NCBI GenBank assembly: GCA_965261345.1
Contig: OZ253449.1
Coordinates: forward strand, 864,001 to 928,000
DNA from: Chloroflexota bacterium
GTDB lineage: Bacteria; Chloroflexota; UBA11872; VXNJ01
Reading direction: 5' to 3'
Length of the DNA: 64,000 nucleotides
The position numbers and the translations under genes are program-made. The notes under the pieces were generated by a model that saw only the letters and a list, made by a program, of their open reading frames with translations, was not told where the DNA came from and did not search any database. Below, one piece after another: positions 51,658 through 61,338 of the stretch; within the stretch, counting starts at the first letter, position 1; each line of letters starts with the position of its first letter.

Positions 51658-52275
51658 ATGGATGCTGCCAAACTGGCCCATAAGCCGGCGACGACCCAGC
51701 GACCTCTGATCGAGGCCATCAGGGTCCGCTGGAGTCCGATCGCTTTCGACCCTGGGCGCGCGATCGAACCGGAGGTCGTGGCCACTATCCTGGAAGCTGC
51801 CCGCTGGGCGCCGTCGTCCTATAACGATCAGCCGTGGCGCTATTTGCTGTTTGACCGGAATGACCCGGCCCGGGCCCGGGCCGAGGCTTGTCTTATGGCC
51901 GGCAACGCCTGGGCACGCCATGCCGGGCTGCTGATCCTGTCGGTGGCCTGCAAAATTTCCGATCGGACATCGCTCCCCAATCGGTTCGCCCTGCATGACA
52001 CCGGAATGGCATCCATGAGCCTCGTGTTGCAGGCTGCCGCACACGGCCTGATCTCACATCAGATGGGCGGCTACGACCGTGAGCAGGCCAGGTCCGAGTT
52101 CGCGATTCCGGACCGGTTTGAACTGGCCTCGATGATCGCGGTCGGCTACCCCGGCGATCCGGCGATGCTGGACTCTCAAGGCCGTGAACGCCAGGCGTCA
52201 ATGCGATCTCGCAAGGACCTGGCCCAGATCGCATTCACCGGCAGCTGGGAGACCGCTTACCCTATCTGCGCGTAG
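51658..52275 (+). CDS. Nitroreductase family protein
   Basis: RWSP.AF, AARWAPSSYNDQPW, HDTG and HQMGG; ATG 51658 follows AGGAG. Confidence 0.92.
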   Translation: MDAAKLAHKPATTQRPLIEAIRVRWSPIAFDPGRAIEPEVVATILEAARWAPSSYNDQPWRYLLFDRNDPARARAEACLMAGNAWARHAGLLILSVACKISDRTSLPNRFALHDTGMASMSLVLQAAAHGLISHQMGGYDREQARSEFAIPDRFELASMIAVGYPGDPAMLDSQGRERQASMRSRKDLAQIAFTGSWETAYPICA

Positions 52276-52298
52276 GTTCCTAGGTTAAGACCGGCCGG

Positions 52299-53039
52299 CT
52301 AACCGGCCGGAAACCAGGTGCGGTCAAAGTCCCCCTGGTCGACCGCCAGTTCGCCAATCGACTCACCGTCAATCGAGATTTGCAAAGCAGAGGCGTTGTC
52401 GGTCCTGAGCCGCGCCGATTCGATTCCCGCCCAGGTGTGGATTTCGCCGGCGGCCACTTCGCTGCTAAATACCGTCTGCCCATCGACGATCGCCTCTACA
52501 AATGCCGCTTCCCGGGCGGCGATCGAGAGCACCACGGTTGCGGTTGGAACGGCCCCTTCGGCCGATTCAAAGGCCGGGGCCACCGGCAGTTGAGTTGGCG
52601 ACGGTGGAACTGTTGGGTCTGAGGGCGTGTCGCTCCCCCGGCCAAGCAAGAGCAGCGCGATCGCGATCAGCCCGAGCGCCAGCACCAAAAGCGCCGGGGT
52701 CACGACCCTTGAACTGGGGCGCCAACCATAGGTTTGCGGGCTCAGGTTGATCGCCTCGACCTGCGTACCGCCCTGGCTTACCAAGGCTTCCAGCGCAGCA
52801 GTCGGATCGGCCTCCAATCCGCGTGCGAAAACGCGGATGTGTCCGACATCGTAGGCGCGATAGGGGGGTGGATGAAATTCGTCGTTCTCAAGCCCGGCAA
52901 TTCGCTCCGGGCGCAGGTGAGTAAGCACCGCCAATTGTTCTAGTGAATAGCCTCGCGCCTGCCGCAGATCACGCAGGATCTGGCCAACCGTGGGCGCGGT
53001 CTCCGGCGGTTGTGGAAGGTCGGGGGAGACGTCAGCCAC
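52299..53039 (-). CDS. RodZ-like protein (HTH - TM - DUF4115)
   Basis: VGQILRDLRQARGYSLEQL..LE, a TM helix and LRTDNASALQISIDG. GTG 53039 overlaps the upstream stop. Confidence 0.8.
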   Translation of the reverse strand: MADVSPDLPQPPETAPTVGQILRDLRQARGYSLEQLAVLTHLRPERIAGLENDEFHPPPYRAYDVGHIRVFARGLEADPTAALEALVSQGGTQVEAINLSPQTYGWRPSSRVVTPALLVLALGLIAIALLLLGRGSDTPSDPTVPPSPTQLPVAPAFESAEGAVPTATVVLSIAAREAAFVEAIVDGQTVFSSEVAAGEIHTWAGIESARLRTDNASALQISIDGESIGELAVDQGDFDRTWFPAG

Positions 53040-54585
53040 GGTCTTCTTCAGCCAGTTCGAACCGGTGGATCGCGAGCAGTTCGACACCCAATCCGGCCAG
53101 GGCGGGATCTTGAGCGGACACGGCGACAACGCTCTCGAGGACCGACTCAATCCCGTCCCGCAGGCGCTCGGTGGCGCCGGCCGGATCGGCATCAAATTCG
53201 GCCATCAAACGGGCCTCCTGCAGGGTTTTGGTGAGCAAATCAGAGCTTGCCTGGGAGGCTATCAATTCCGGGCCCGGTGATCGCAGGGCAGCTTGGGCGT
53301 AGGCCCGCGAATCCTTGATCACGTAGCTAAATTCGGCCGCAACTGTCGCGACGGCATCGTTTTCGGCGGTCCCGATCTCGGCCTGGGCAGAAAGCACATT
53401 ATCGAATCGATTGACATTGAGGCGACGGGTGAAAGGCTGCGGCAGCGCCCAGAACCAACCCGGTCCGTCAACGCTGATCGCCGCATCCGACCCGGCGAAG
53501 TCAACTCCGGTCGTGCGCTGGCGGGTCAAGTCGACGTAGTTTATTGATCCCGGTGGCTGCCAAACACCGTTGGTTCGAACTATTTCGAATTGATCGTCGG
53601 CCAGTCGAAATATGCCCGCCATGCCGAAGAGCACGACGGCGATGACGATTCCACCGATCGGTGCCCCCAGCATCCGAGCCCGGCCGGAGCCGCGGCGCGC
53701 GGCAAGCGGATCGTAGTCGGCCAGGATCGCGTCGATGCGCGGTTGGGTTCGAGCCGAAAGCGCGTTATGAGCCTCGGCGGCAAGAAAGACCCGCCGGGCG
53801 AGATCGCCGTAGCATTCCGCCGCCGGGCCACCCTGGTAGCTGCGCGAGAGCGCCGCCAACCGCTCTAGCACGCTCGACACCCGCCGCGCGTCAGACCGCG
53901 GAATACTTCTACGCCCCCCGACCAGGGACCGGCATTCATTGATAAGATCTGCCGCGGCATCTTGGAATTGAGGATCGAGCGGTCCGGAATCGACAATGTC
54001 CTTCAGGTTGTCGATGGCAAACCGAGGGGCCGGACGTTTCTGTTTAAAATGCCGGCTCAAAAGTGCCGCGCTAGGGATCAAGCAGATGACCGCAGCCAGC
54101 GGTAGGCCGCCCAGGCTGGCCCCGGCCGAGCCGACGAACTCGGCCAGCGGGGCCGCGGCGGTGGACAGGCGGGCCAGTTGCAGCCCGGCCGCCCCCAGCA
54201 GGGAAGCAATCAGAAACGGCGATCCGAGGGCGACGATTAACAGGTACCAGGTCTGGCCATTGCGGCGGCGGCGGGCGGCGGCGGCGGCGGCCCTGATCGC
54301 TCGTTCATGCTCGATCAGGCGAGCCTTGTCGGAGTCAAATTGGCTGCTTTGCAACCCGCGCGACGGCCGGCCGGAGATGAGCGCCTCAAGCACTGCGTTG
54401 CGATTGTGGGCCAACAGCCAACCGGATGCGAGCGGGTTCGGCACCGCCACATAGTCGGCGCCAGGCCGCACGGGCGGCGGCGATTTAGGGGTCGGGTCGT
54501 CGGGTGGTGCAGGGTCGATGCCGATCGGCTCGGCGACCTCTTCTGACTCAACCTCGATTACTTCAAAGTCTTCGCCATCGCGCAT
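53032..54585 (-). CDS. Membrane protein with C-terminal SPFH/HflK-like domain
   Basis: TM followed by GPGWFWALPQPF, FSYVIKD and LGVELLAI; the N-terminal half is unassigned. Confidence 0.6.
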   Translation of the reverse strand: MRDGEDFEVIEVESEEVAEPIGIDPAPPDDPTPKSPPPVRPGADYVAVPNPLASGWLLAHNRNAVLEALISGRPSRGLQSSQFDSDKARLIEHERAIRAAAAAARRRRNGQTWYLLIVALGSPFLIASLLGAAGLQLARLSTAAAPLAEFVGSAGASLGGLPLAAVICLIPSAALLSRHFKQKRPAPRFAIDNLKDIVDSGPLDPQFQDAAADLINECRSLVGGRRSIPRSDARRVSSVLERLAALSRSYQGGPAAECYGDLARRVFLAAEAHNALSARTQPRIDAILADYDPLAARRGSGRARMLGAPIGGIVIAVVLFGMAGIFRLADDQFEIVRTNGVWQPPGSINYVDLTRQRTTGVDFAGSDAAISVDGPGWFWALPQPFTRRLNVNRFDNVLSAQAEIGTAENDAVATVAAEFSYVIKDSRAYAQAALRSPGPELIASQASSDLLTKTLQEARLMAEFDADPAGATERLRDGIESVLESVVAVSAQDPALAGLGVELLAIHRFELAEEDRG

Positions 54586-54587
54586 CT

Positions 54588-55637
54588 TCAGGGCCGATCC
54601 AAGATCCCGCCGGCCGACCCGGCAATCAATGCCGAGACCGCAACCAGCAGAAAGTTGGCGCGTCGCGCCGGATCGTAGGCCGTCGCATAGGCGCTCAATG
54701 CGGCGGCGCCAAGTCGGTGCTGGGCAAATGCCGTCGGGCTAAGATCTTCGGCGGCCGGGGTCAGATCCAGATATACACCGGGTTCGGCCGGGACCAAACC
54801 GCTGGCAAAGGCCGCACGCAATTGCTCGAGGTCCTCGATGAAGTTGACCGCCAGCTCTCCTTCGCACAGCTTTTTGGGGATCACCGAATAACGCCGGCGC
54901 TGGCTTCCAAACCGCAGTTGGGTTGAGAGAAAGCGAGCGATCGACTGCTCACGCCAGCCATCAAGCAGACGGCGCGAGCGGGCGTAACCACGGCGCGCCG
55001 GCGAGCGGAACCAGCCGCCCGCAAAGGCGTTGGCCAGCTCGGTTTCCAGCTGCCCTATCTTCTCCGGCCCCAGTTCGCTCTTTATCGTGGCGAACCCTTC
55101 CTGCCCTCCCATCCCGACGGCGCCTCCGGCATCGCGCAGCGCCAGCAGGCAGTCGGGCCGCGTTGCGGCCAGGTGCGAGGTCAAGGATCGCCACAGACCG
55201 CTTGCCCCGGGCGCCGTCCCGCGGGCGAGCGCCCCGCCCATGTGGGCTCCCGCAACCGGTGTGTTGGACCGCCCCCCGTCCCCCGATTCGACTATCTGGG
55301 TAACGTAGACCCGCACCAGACAGGCGTGCAGCAATCGTTGGCGGTCGGTTGATCCCGATGCCAGAGCCCTGAGCAACCCGCGCGCGGCCACTTTTTCCGA
55401 AACCGTGGGCGCAACCGGGGCGATCTCGATCGCCAGTGAACGGCCCGCCGCGCCGGCGCCGATCGAGTGGACCTGCAGTTGGACTGACAGCCCGGGAAAG
55501 ATCGGGACATTGGCCAAGGTTTCAACCTCAAACGCCGACTCGATTTCGTCGGCTTGCGACCGCCAGGCCGGTTCGGACAGCAACTGCTTGAACAGATCCC
55601 CGTGGACAACCGGAATCCGGAGGTTTCCTTCGACCAT
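54588..55637 (-). CDS. Hypothetical protein with C-terminal TM helix
   Basis: 349 aa, spaced 2-5 nt from its neighbours. Confidence 0.6.
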   Translation of the reverse strand: MVEGNLRIPVVHGDLFKQLLSEPAWRSQADEIESAFEVETLANVPIFPGLSVQLQVHSIGAGAAGRSLAIEIAPVAPTVSEKVAARGLLRALASGSTDRQRLLHACLVRVYVTQIVESGDGGRSNTPVAGAHMGGALARGTAPGASGLWRSLTSHLAATRPDCLLALRDAGGAVGMGGQEGFATIKSELGPEKIGQLETELANAFAGGWFRSPARRGYARSRRLLDGWREQSIARFLSTQLRFGSQRRRYSVIPKKLCEGELAVNFIEDLEQLRAAFASGLVPAEPGVYLDLTPAAEDLSPTAFAQHRLGAAALSAYATAYDPARRANFLLVAVSALIAGSAGGILDRP

Positions 55638-55642
55638 ATCGG

Positions 55643-56374
55643 CTAACCCGAGAGCTGGTCGGTTGGGCCAGCCGGTTCGAAAGCACCTTCAATTACGTCT
55701 TCGGAACCGGGTTGATTGTCGGTTGGCGCCGCGCTCAAATCGGCCTCCAGCAGCGGACGGTCCAACCCGGCCGCCGGGGGTAGCCAGACCCCCGGAAGCT
55801 GGTCCGGTCGCAGACCGTGCGGCCGGGCCGAAACCTGCCAATAGATGGCCTCAGCTTCAGGAAGGGCCAGGCCTTTGGCCATTGCACCAGCGGCCAGATA
55901 GGCAACCCGCTCGTCTGGCTCATCCGCGAACACCTCGGTCAATCTGGCCAACCCAATGTGCGCCGAACGCTCGGCCGGGCGGGGGTCAAGCAGTTGGCGA
56001 TTCCAGATTCTTGGCGGGCAACGGCGCAGGCGCAGCAGGCACTTACCGAGCAACCACAGTCCAGCCAGGGCCGGAATCGCCAGGCCCTGAGCCGAAACGA
56101 TTAGACCCAGGCCAAGCGCCAGGTCGTACCAGTTACGGCCGATCGTCCGGCGGCGGCGGCTGGGTCGCGGTCCCGGTCGATTTGCCAACCAGTTCGCCCG
56201 AATCTGGGTGCGGGCCGCAAGTTCAACTGCCGGCCAGTCAACCCGATCATCGCCGCCAAAGCAGATCCGAACCGTCAGCGGGGTTGGGGCGTCAGCGAGC
56301 AACCGGCGGGAAGCCGATGTCAGGGTGACCCAACTGCCCTGGGCAAGCGGAATCACCAGACAGACGATTTCCAA
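55643..56374 (-). CDS. Hypothetical membrane protein
   Basis: TM hairpin; the start abuts the upstream stop. Confidence 0.6.
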   Translation of the reverse strand: MEIVCLVIPLAQGSWVTLTSASRRLLADAPTPLTVRICFGGDDRVDWPAVELAARTQIRANWLANRPGPRPSRRRRTIGRNWYDLALGLGLIVSAQGLAIPALAGLWLLGKCLLRLRRCPPRIWNRQLLDPRPAERSAHIGLARLTEVFADEPDERVAYLAAGAMAKGLALPEAEAIYWQVSARPHGLRPDQLPGVWLPPAAGLDRPLLEADLSAAPTDNQPGSEDVIEGAFEPAGPTDQLSG

Positions 56375-56965
56375 TTAATCGGCTCGAAACCGCAGCGCCG
56401 GCTGGCCGGAGGAGTTGCGCATGGCCCGGTAAAAAGCGGCCGCTTCCACCCAACCGGCATTTAGCGCAGCATACTCAAAATCAATGGTGTTGGGGGCCTC
56501 CAGGGTTGCCGTCTGCGACCAGATTCGACCGATCCGCTGGACCGCGGCCCCATCCATCCCCGATGTGACGCCCACCACCCGGCCTGGATGCGGTGGGCGC
56601 AACAAAATTCGTGCTATCAACCGCAGGCCGGAGGGCAGAAATGCAAATGCGGTGGCCACAAGCAGCACCGGCAATATCGCTTGCCCCGACTCAACGAAAT
56701 GGTAGGCCAGCAGCGCCAGCAGCGCCAGCTCGGCCAGGGCCACAAGTGCCAGTCCAGCCGCACCGTCGATCCTGGGTGATGGCGCCCTTGCCACCCGATC
56801 GCAAAACTCAGCGCGCAGGCAGTCGACTTCGCCGGGTGAAAGCTGGAATGGCGCGTAAACCTCAAGTCGAATGTCACCGCTGGGCAGCACGGCGGGGCGA
56901 TCGAACATGACCGCCGCGCCGGTTTCGGTCGGCAATACGTAGGCATTGGCAGGATTTGCGGTCAA
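56375..56965 (-). CDS. Hypothetical membrane protein
   Basis: TM hairpin; first gene of the operon divergent from mnmG. Confidence 0.6.
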   Translation of the reverse strand: MTANPANAYVLPTETGAAVMFDRPAVLPSGDIRLEVYAPFQLSPGEVDCLRAEFCDRVARAPSPRIDGAAGLALVALAELALLALLAYHFVESGQAILPVLLVATAFAFLPSGLRLIARILLRPPHPGRVVGVTSGMDGAAVQRIGRIWSQTATLEAPNTIDFEYAALNAGWVEAAAFYRAMRNSSGQPALRFRAD

Positions 56966-57107
56966 GCGCTAATTTCCGTCTTCAATCGTTTCGGAAAACC
57001 TAAAGTGTCCCGCTGCCGAACTACCCGCTAGGAGGAGGGCAAGATAATCATCGTTAGAGAATCGCTCGCAAAAATTCTCGCATCGGCGTTCCAGGTTCAG
57101 GACTCAA

Positions 57108-59054
57108 GTGAAGCTACCGGGCAATTCCCAACCCGATTTCGATGTCATCGTGGTCGGCGGCGGTCATTCCGGCTGCGAGGCGGCATTGGCGGCCGCCCGC
57201 CTGGGTGCGTCCACGGTCCTGGTAACCCAGAATCCCCGCAAGGTTGCAACGATGCCCTGCAACCCTTCGGTTGGCGGACCGGCCAAGGGTCACCTGGTGC
57301 GCGAAATTGACGCCCTGGGTGGGCAGATGGGTCGCAATAGCGATCGTACCCAGCTGCAGATGCGAACCCTCAATACCGGCAAGGGGCCGGCGGTGCGGGC
57401 CCTGCGGGCCCAGTGCGACAAGGCCCTCTATTCGGAGGCGATGGGCCGCGCCTTGCGGGCCTGTCCCGGCCTGACCCTTGACGCCAGCATGGTCGAGCAG
57501 CTCAGCTGGCAGACCGCCGGTCAGGGCGGCTGGCGGGTAAATGGGGTAATCACTGCCACCGGCCGTTTGATATCGGGAAGGTCGGTGGTGATTACGACCG
57601 GCACTTTTCTGCGCGGCCGAATCGTAATGGGTCAACAGGTTTTCCACGCCGGGCGGGCGGGCGAACCAGCCGCATTCGGGATATCTGCCGATCTGGCCGA
57701 ACACGGATTCGAGCTGGGCCGACTAAAAACCGGGACGCCGCCGCGGATTGCGGCCGAGAGCATAGATTTTTCAAAGACCCAAATCCAGCCCGGATCGCCC
57801 GAACCGCTGTATTTTTCATTTCTCGGCGCCGATCGGGATTGCCTGGCGGAAGATCCGTCGCCGGTCTATCCCGGAGTGCGCCGGCATTCCTGGGCGCTGC
57901 AAATGCCCTGTTACGGGGTGCACACCAATCCGGCCACCCATCAGCTCATCGCCGCAAACCTGCATCGCGCACCAATGTACAACGGGACGATCGCCGGGAT
58001 CGGGCCGCGCTACTGTCCCTCAATCGAGGACAAGATCGTCCGGTTCGCCCAGAAATCGTCGCACCAACTGTTCCTCGAACCCGAGGGGTTCGCCTCCGAG
58101 CAGGTTTATGTGCAGGGCGCCAATACTTCACTTCCGGCCGACGTGCAAGACCAGCTGCTGCGCACGATTCCCGCCCTGGCCGGGGTAAAGGTGCTCCGCC
58201 ATGGATACGCCATCGAATACGACTTTGTGCGCCCACACCAGATTCACCCGAGCCTGGCCACCCGATCGACGCGGGGACTTTACCTGGCCGGCCAGATCAA
58301 CGGCACCACCGGCTATGAAGAGGCCGCCGCCCAGGGTCTGCTGGCAGGTGTTAATGCGGCCTTGAGCGCACACGAGAAGGAGCCGTTGACCATCGGGCGT
58401 GACCAGGGCTACATCGGGGTGATGATCGACGATCTGGTCACCAAGGACATTGACGAACCCTACCGACTGCATACCTCGCGGGCCGAATACCGACTGCTGC
58501 TGCGTCAGGACAACGCCGATCGGCGGCTCACTCCGCTGGCCGCCCGCATCGGTCTGGCGAGCCGTGATCGCTTAGACAAATTGGCGATCAAGGAGTCTGC
58601 GATAGCTGCGGCCGAAGGCTGGATGCACGCAGCCCGGATTCGGCCCGAACAAGTAAACGACTATCTGGCCGGGATCGGGTCCGATCCGATCCGCGAGCCG
58701 GTGCCGGCTCGCCGATTGCTGGGACGCAGCCGGGTTCGCCTCAACGATCTGGCCCGCCTGGCCGGCAGGATGCCGTTTGCCGACGCGGCGGCCGAGCAGG
58801 TGGAACTTGCCGCCACCTACGGCGGATATATCAAGCAGCAGATGGCCCAGGTTGCGCGCGTCCAGGCCCAGGAAAACGCAACCCTGCCACAGTGGCTAGA
58901 TTACGGTGAAATTTCTGGTCTCCGGACCGAGGCCCGGCAAAAACTCGAACGCTATCGTCCGGCAACCCTCGGGCAGGCCGGGCGCCTGGCGGGAGTTACC
59001 GCCGCCGACCTGGCAGTACTGCTGGTCATCCTGCGCAGGAGCGAGGCCGCCTAG
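57108..59054 (+). CDS. mnmG: tRNA uridine 5-carboxymethylaminomethyl modification enzyme
   Basis: GGGHSG, CNPSVGG, RLKTGTPPR, GPRYCPSIEDK and AGQINGTTGYEEAAAQG. Confidence 0.97.
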   Translation: MKLPGNSQPDFDVIVVGGGHSGCEAALAAARLGASTVLVTQNPRKVATMPCNPSVGGPAKGHLVREIDALGGQMGRNSDRTQLQMRTLNTGKGPAVRALRAQCDKALYSEAMGRALRACPGLTLDASMVEQLSWQTAGQGGWRVNGVITATGRLISGRSVVITTGTFLRGRIVMGQQVFHAGRAGEPAAFGISADLAEHGFELGRLKTGTPPRIAAESIDFSKTQIQPGSPEPLYFSFLGADRDCLAEDPSPVYPGVRRHSWALQMPCYGVHTNPATHQLIAANLHRAPMYNGTIAGIGPRYCPSIEDKIVRFAQKSSHQLFLEPEGFASEQVYVQGANTSLPADVQDQLLRTIPALAGVKVLRHGYAIEYDFVRPHQIHPSLATRSTRGLYLAGQINGTTGYEEAAAQGLLAGVNAALSAHEKEPLTIGRDQGYIGVMIDDLVTKDIDEPYRLHTSRAEYRLLLRQDNADRRLTPLAARIGLASRDRLDKLAIKESAIAAAEGWMHAARIRPEQVNDYLAGIGSDPIREPVPARRLLGRSRVRLNDLARLAGRMPFADAAAEQVELAATYGGYIKQQMAQVARVQAQENATLPQWLDYGEISGLRTEARQKLERYRPATLGQAGRLAGVTAADLAVLLVILRRSEAA

Positions 59055-59680
59055 GTCGGGCGGTTGTAACCCGGCGTGGCCCGCCGGGTCTGGGCCACAA
59101 AGGCCTGGTTGATCGGGCGCGCCGCAACGATTGCCGGAGAACCGGACGAGAGGTCAAGTAGATAGGCCAGGTGCTCGGGCAGGCCGGCTGAAAGCAGTTT
59201 GATCTGCACCTCCAGCGCCCCGCGGCACCCGAAATCGGCAATGTCTGCGCCCGCGTCCGAAAAGAGACCCACCAGATCCTGGCCGCCCTCAACCTGTCCG
59301 GCCAGAACCAGGCAGACTTGGCCGCCCACTTCCAAATGCACCAGATCGACCAGGCCCTTGTCGTCATCTAGGAAAAGTCCACGCCGTACGTCGCCGACTA
59401 AGTCGGCCCCGCTTTCAGCATCACGGAAGCTGAGCATGGCCTTCAGGTTGGGAAAACCCAACCGCGGGCGCGGGCCGATCGGCAGGCCGAACAAACGCCG
59501 TCGCGCTTGGGCGGTAAACCGGATGCCGGCCAGATCGGCCTTTGCGCTGCCGCCGCCGGGCACTGGGATCTCAACGGCGCCGCCAACAAACGGGGCGACC
59601 GCAACCGTCGCGTAGTTGCCGGCCACCGCCCCGCGCGCCGGCGCGTTGGGGTAGTCGACGGTCAGCTTGCCAAATTCCAC
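59051..59680 (-). CDS. Hypothetical protein
   Basis: Strong RBS (TAAGGAG) before GTG; fills the gap between mnmG and the sulfatase. Confidence 0.65.
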   Translation of the reverse strand: MEFGKLTVDYPNAPARGAVAGNYATVAVAPFVGGAVEIPVPGGGSAKADLAGIRFTAQARRRLFGLPIGPRPRLGFPNLKAMLSFRDAESGADLVGDVRRGLFLDDDKGLVDLVHLEVGGQVCLVLAGQVEGGQDLVGLFSDAGADIADFGCRGALEVQIKLLSAGLPEHLAYLLDLSSGSPAIVAARPINQAFVAQTRRATPGYNRPT

Positions 59681-59844
59681 GACGGCTCCTTATGGTAACT
59701 TTCGTTAGTTTTTCGACGATTATTTGCAGTCGGCGGCCTGCGCCCGGTCCTTTTTCTCCAAAAAACGCTGGCGGCAATCCGGCCCCGTAATATGGATTCT
59801 CGCCTCATTACCTGTTGCCCCGGCAAGCGGAGACAGCCCTGCAA

Positions 59845-61308
59845 ATGCCCAAATCGCGCCCCAACATCCTCTTCGTCATCACCGACCAGCAGCGCTACGA
59901 CACCGTTAATGCGCTCGGTTTTGAATACATGGACACCCCGGTCCAGGATCGACTGGTAAATGAGGGAGTGGCGTTTTCGGGATGCCATGTGAACGCCCCA
60001 TCCTGCGGCCCGTCGCGCGCCTCGCTGTTTAGCGGCCTCTGGCCGCACAACTCGGGAGCGCTAAATAATCAGCAAACCTGGCCTCGGACCTGGGTAAAGG
60101 ATCTGTCCGATTCGGGCTACTACTGCGTCAACGTCGGCAAGATGCACGCCTGGCCGTTCTGGGGCATGCATGGGTTTCACGAACGATTCGTCGTGGAAAA
60201 CAAGCAGCGCCACTATGCCGAACGCCGTTGGACCGGCAATGATCTTACCTATTTCGACGAATGGGACAAGGCGCTCTGGCGGGCAGGGACACGCCGCAAA
60301 GAGTACCACGACCTGATCGAATGGCCCGATATCAAGGGCAAGTTGGGCGCTTACGACTGGTGGGAAGCCGATGAGCTGCATTCCGACGTATTCGTCGGCG
60401 ATATGGCCACACGCTGGCTGGACAATCTCCCCGAGACCGACCAGCCGCTATTCCTTGAAGTCGGATTCCCGGGTCCGCACCCGCCATTTGACCCGATCAA
60501 ACGCTATGCCGATGCGTACAAAGACCGCGACATTCCGATGCTGGAGGTCACCGAGGAGGAGATGGACAACCAACCGGAAGCATTAAAGAAGTTCCGCAAG
60601 ATTCACGAGGAACGCTTCGCCGATTCGATCTATTTCGACCCGCGCGCCTCGCACGAGGAGCGGCAGCGGCAGCGCGCCTATTACATGGCCAACGTGACCA
60701 TGATCGACGAGAAGGTCGGGCAGATCCTGGATGCGATCGAGCAGCGCTGGTCGCTAGCGGACTGGATGATCATATTCACTTCCGACCACGGCGAGCAGCT
60801 TGGCGATCACGGATTGTCAGAAAAATGGGTCATGTACGATCAATCGGTGCGGGTCCCGCTGATCATCAGCGCCCCGGGCCGGATTAAAAGCGGCCGTAAG
60901 GTCGATGATTTGGTGCAGCTGTTCGACATCGGCCCGACGATCCTGGAATTTGCCGGGGTCGAAATACCCGGTCATTTCGAGGCCCAATCGTTAGTCGGAT
61001 TGCTTGAGGGCAGCGAGGGCGCCAGCGGTCGGGAATACGTGTTCTCCGAACACGCCCGCGATCCGATGCTCTCCATGGTCGAGCACGAAATGATGGTGCG
61101 AAATCGCGACTGGAAGCTGGTTGAGTTCCTGGGCGAAGAAGACGGCCAGCTGTACGATCTGGCGGCCGATCCCGATGAGCTGGTAAACCTCTGGCATAAC
61201 GCAGGTCACGCCGCCAAAAAAGCCGAGCTGCGCGAGGTCCTCCACCGGTGGTTCATCCGCTCGACGATCAACGCCACCACGTCACGGGTTCCGGAAATTA
61301 CCAGCTGA
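59845..61308 (+). CDS. Sulfatase (formylglycine-dependent)
   Basis: RPNILFVITDQQR, CGPSR (CxPxR), GKMH, SDHG and RVPLII. Confidence 0.93.
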   Translation: MPKSRPNILFVITDQQRYDTVNALGFEYMDTPVQDRLVNEGVAFSGCHVNAPSCGPSRASLFSGLWPHNSGALNNQQTWPRTWVKDLSDSGYYCVNVGKMHAWPFWGMHGFHERFVVENKQRHYAERRWTGNDLTYFDEWDKALWRAGTRRKEYHDLIEWPDIKGKLGAYDWWEADELHSDVFVGDMATRWLDNLPETDQPLFLEVGFPGPHPPFDPIKRYADAYKDRDIPMLEVTEEEMDNQPEALKKFRKIHEERFADSIYFDPRASHEERQRQRAYYMANVTMIDEKVGQILDAIEQRWSLADWMIIFTSDHGEQLGDHGLSEKWVMYDQSVRVPLIISAPGRIKSGRKVDDLVQLFDIGPTILEFAGVEIPGHFEAQSLVGLLEGSEGASGREYVFSEHARDPMLSMVEHEMMVRNRDWKLVEFLGEEDGQLYDLAADPDELVNLWHNAGHAAKKAELREVLHRWFIRSTINATTSRVPEITS

Positions 61309-61338
61309 GCGGGCACGCCGGCTCCGCACCGCGAGGGC

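Noticed and set aside
50923-52275. Long track ORFs spanning tRNAs (50923.., 5835..6668, 19914..)
   Set aside because: The N-terminal extensions overlap ffh or tRNA genes; the real genes start downstream.
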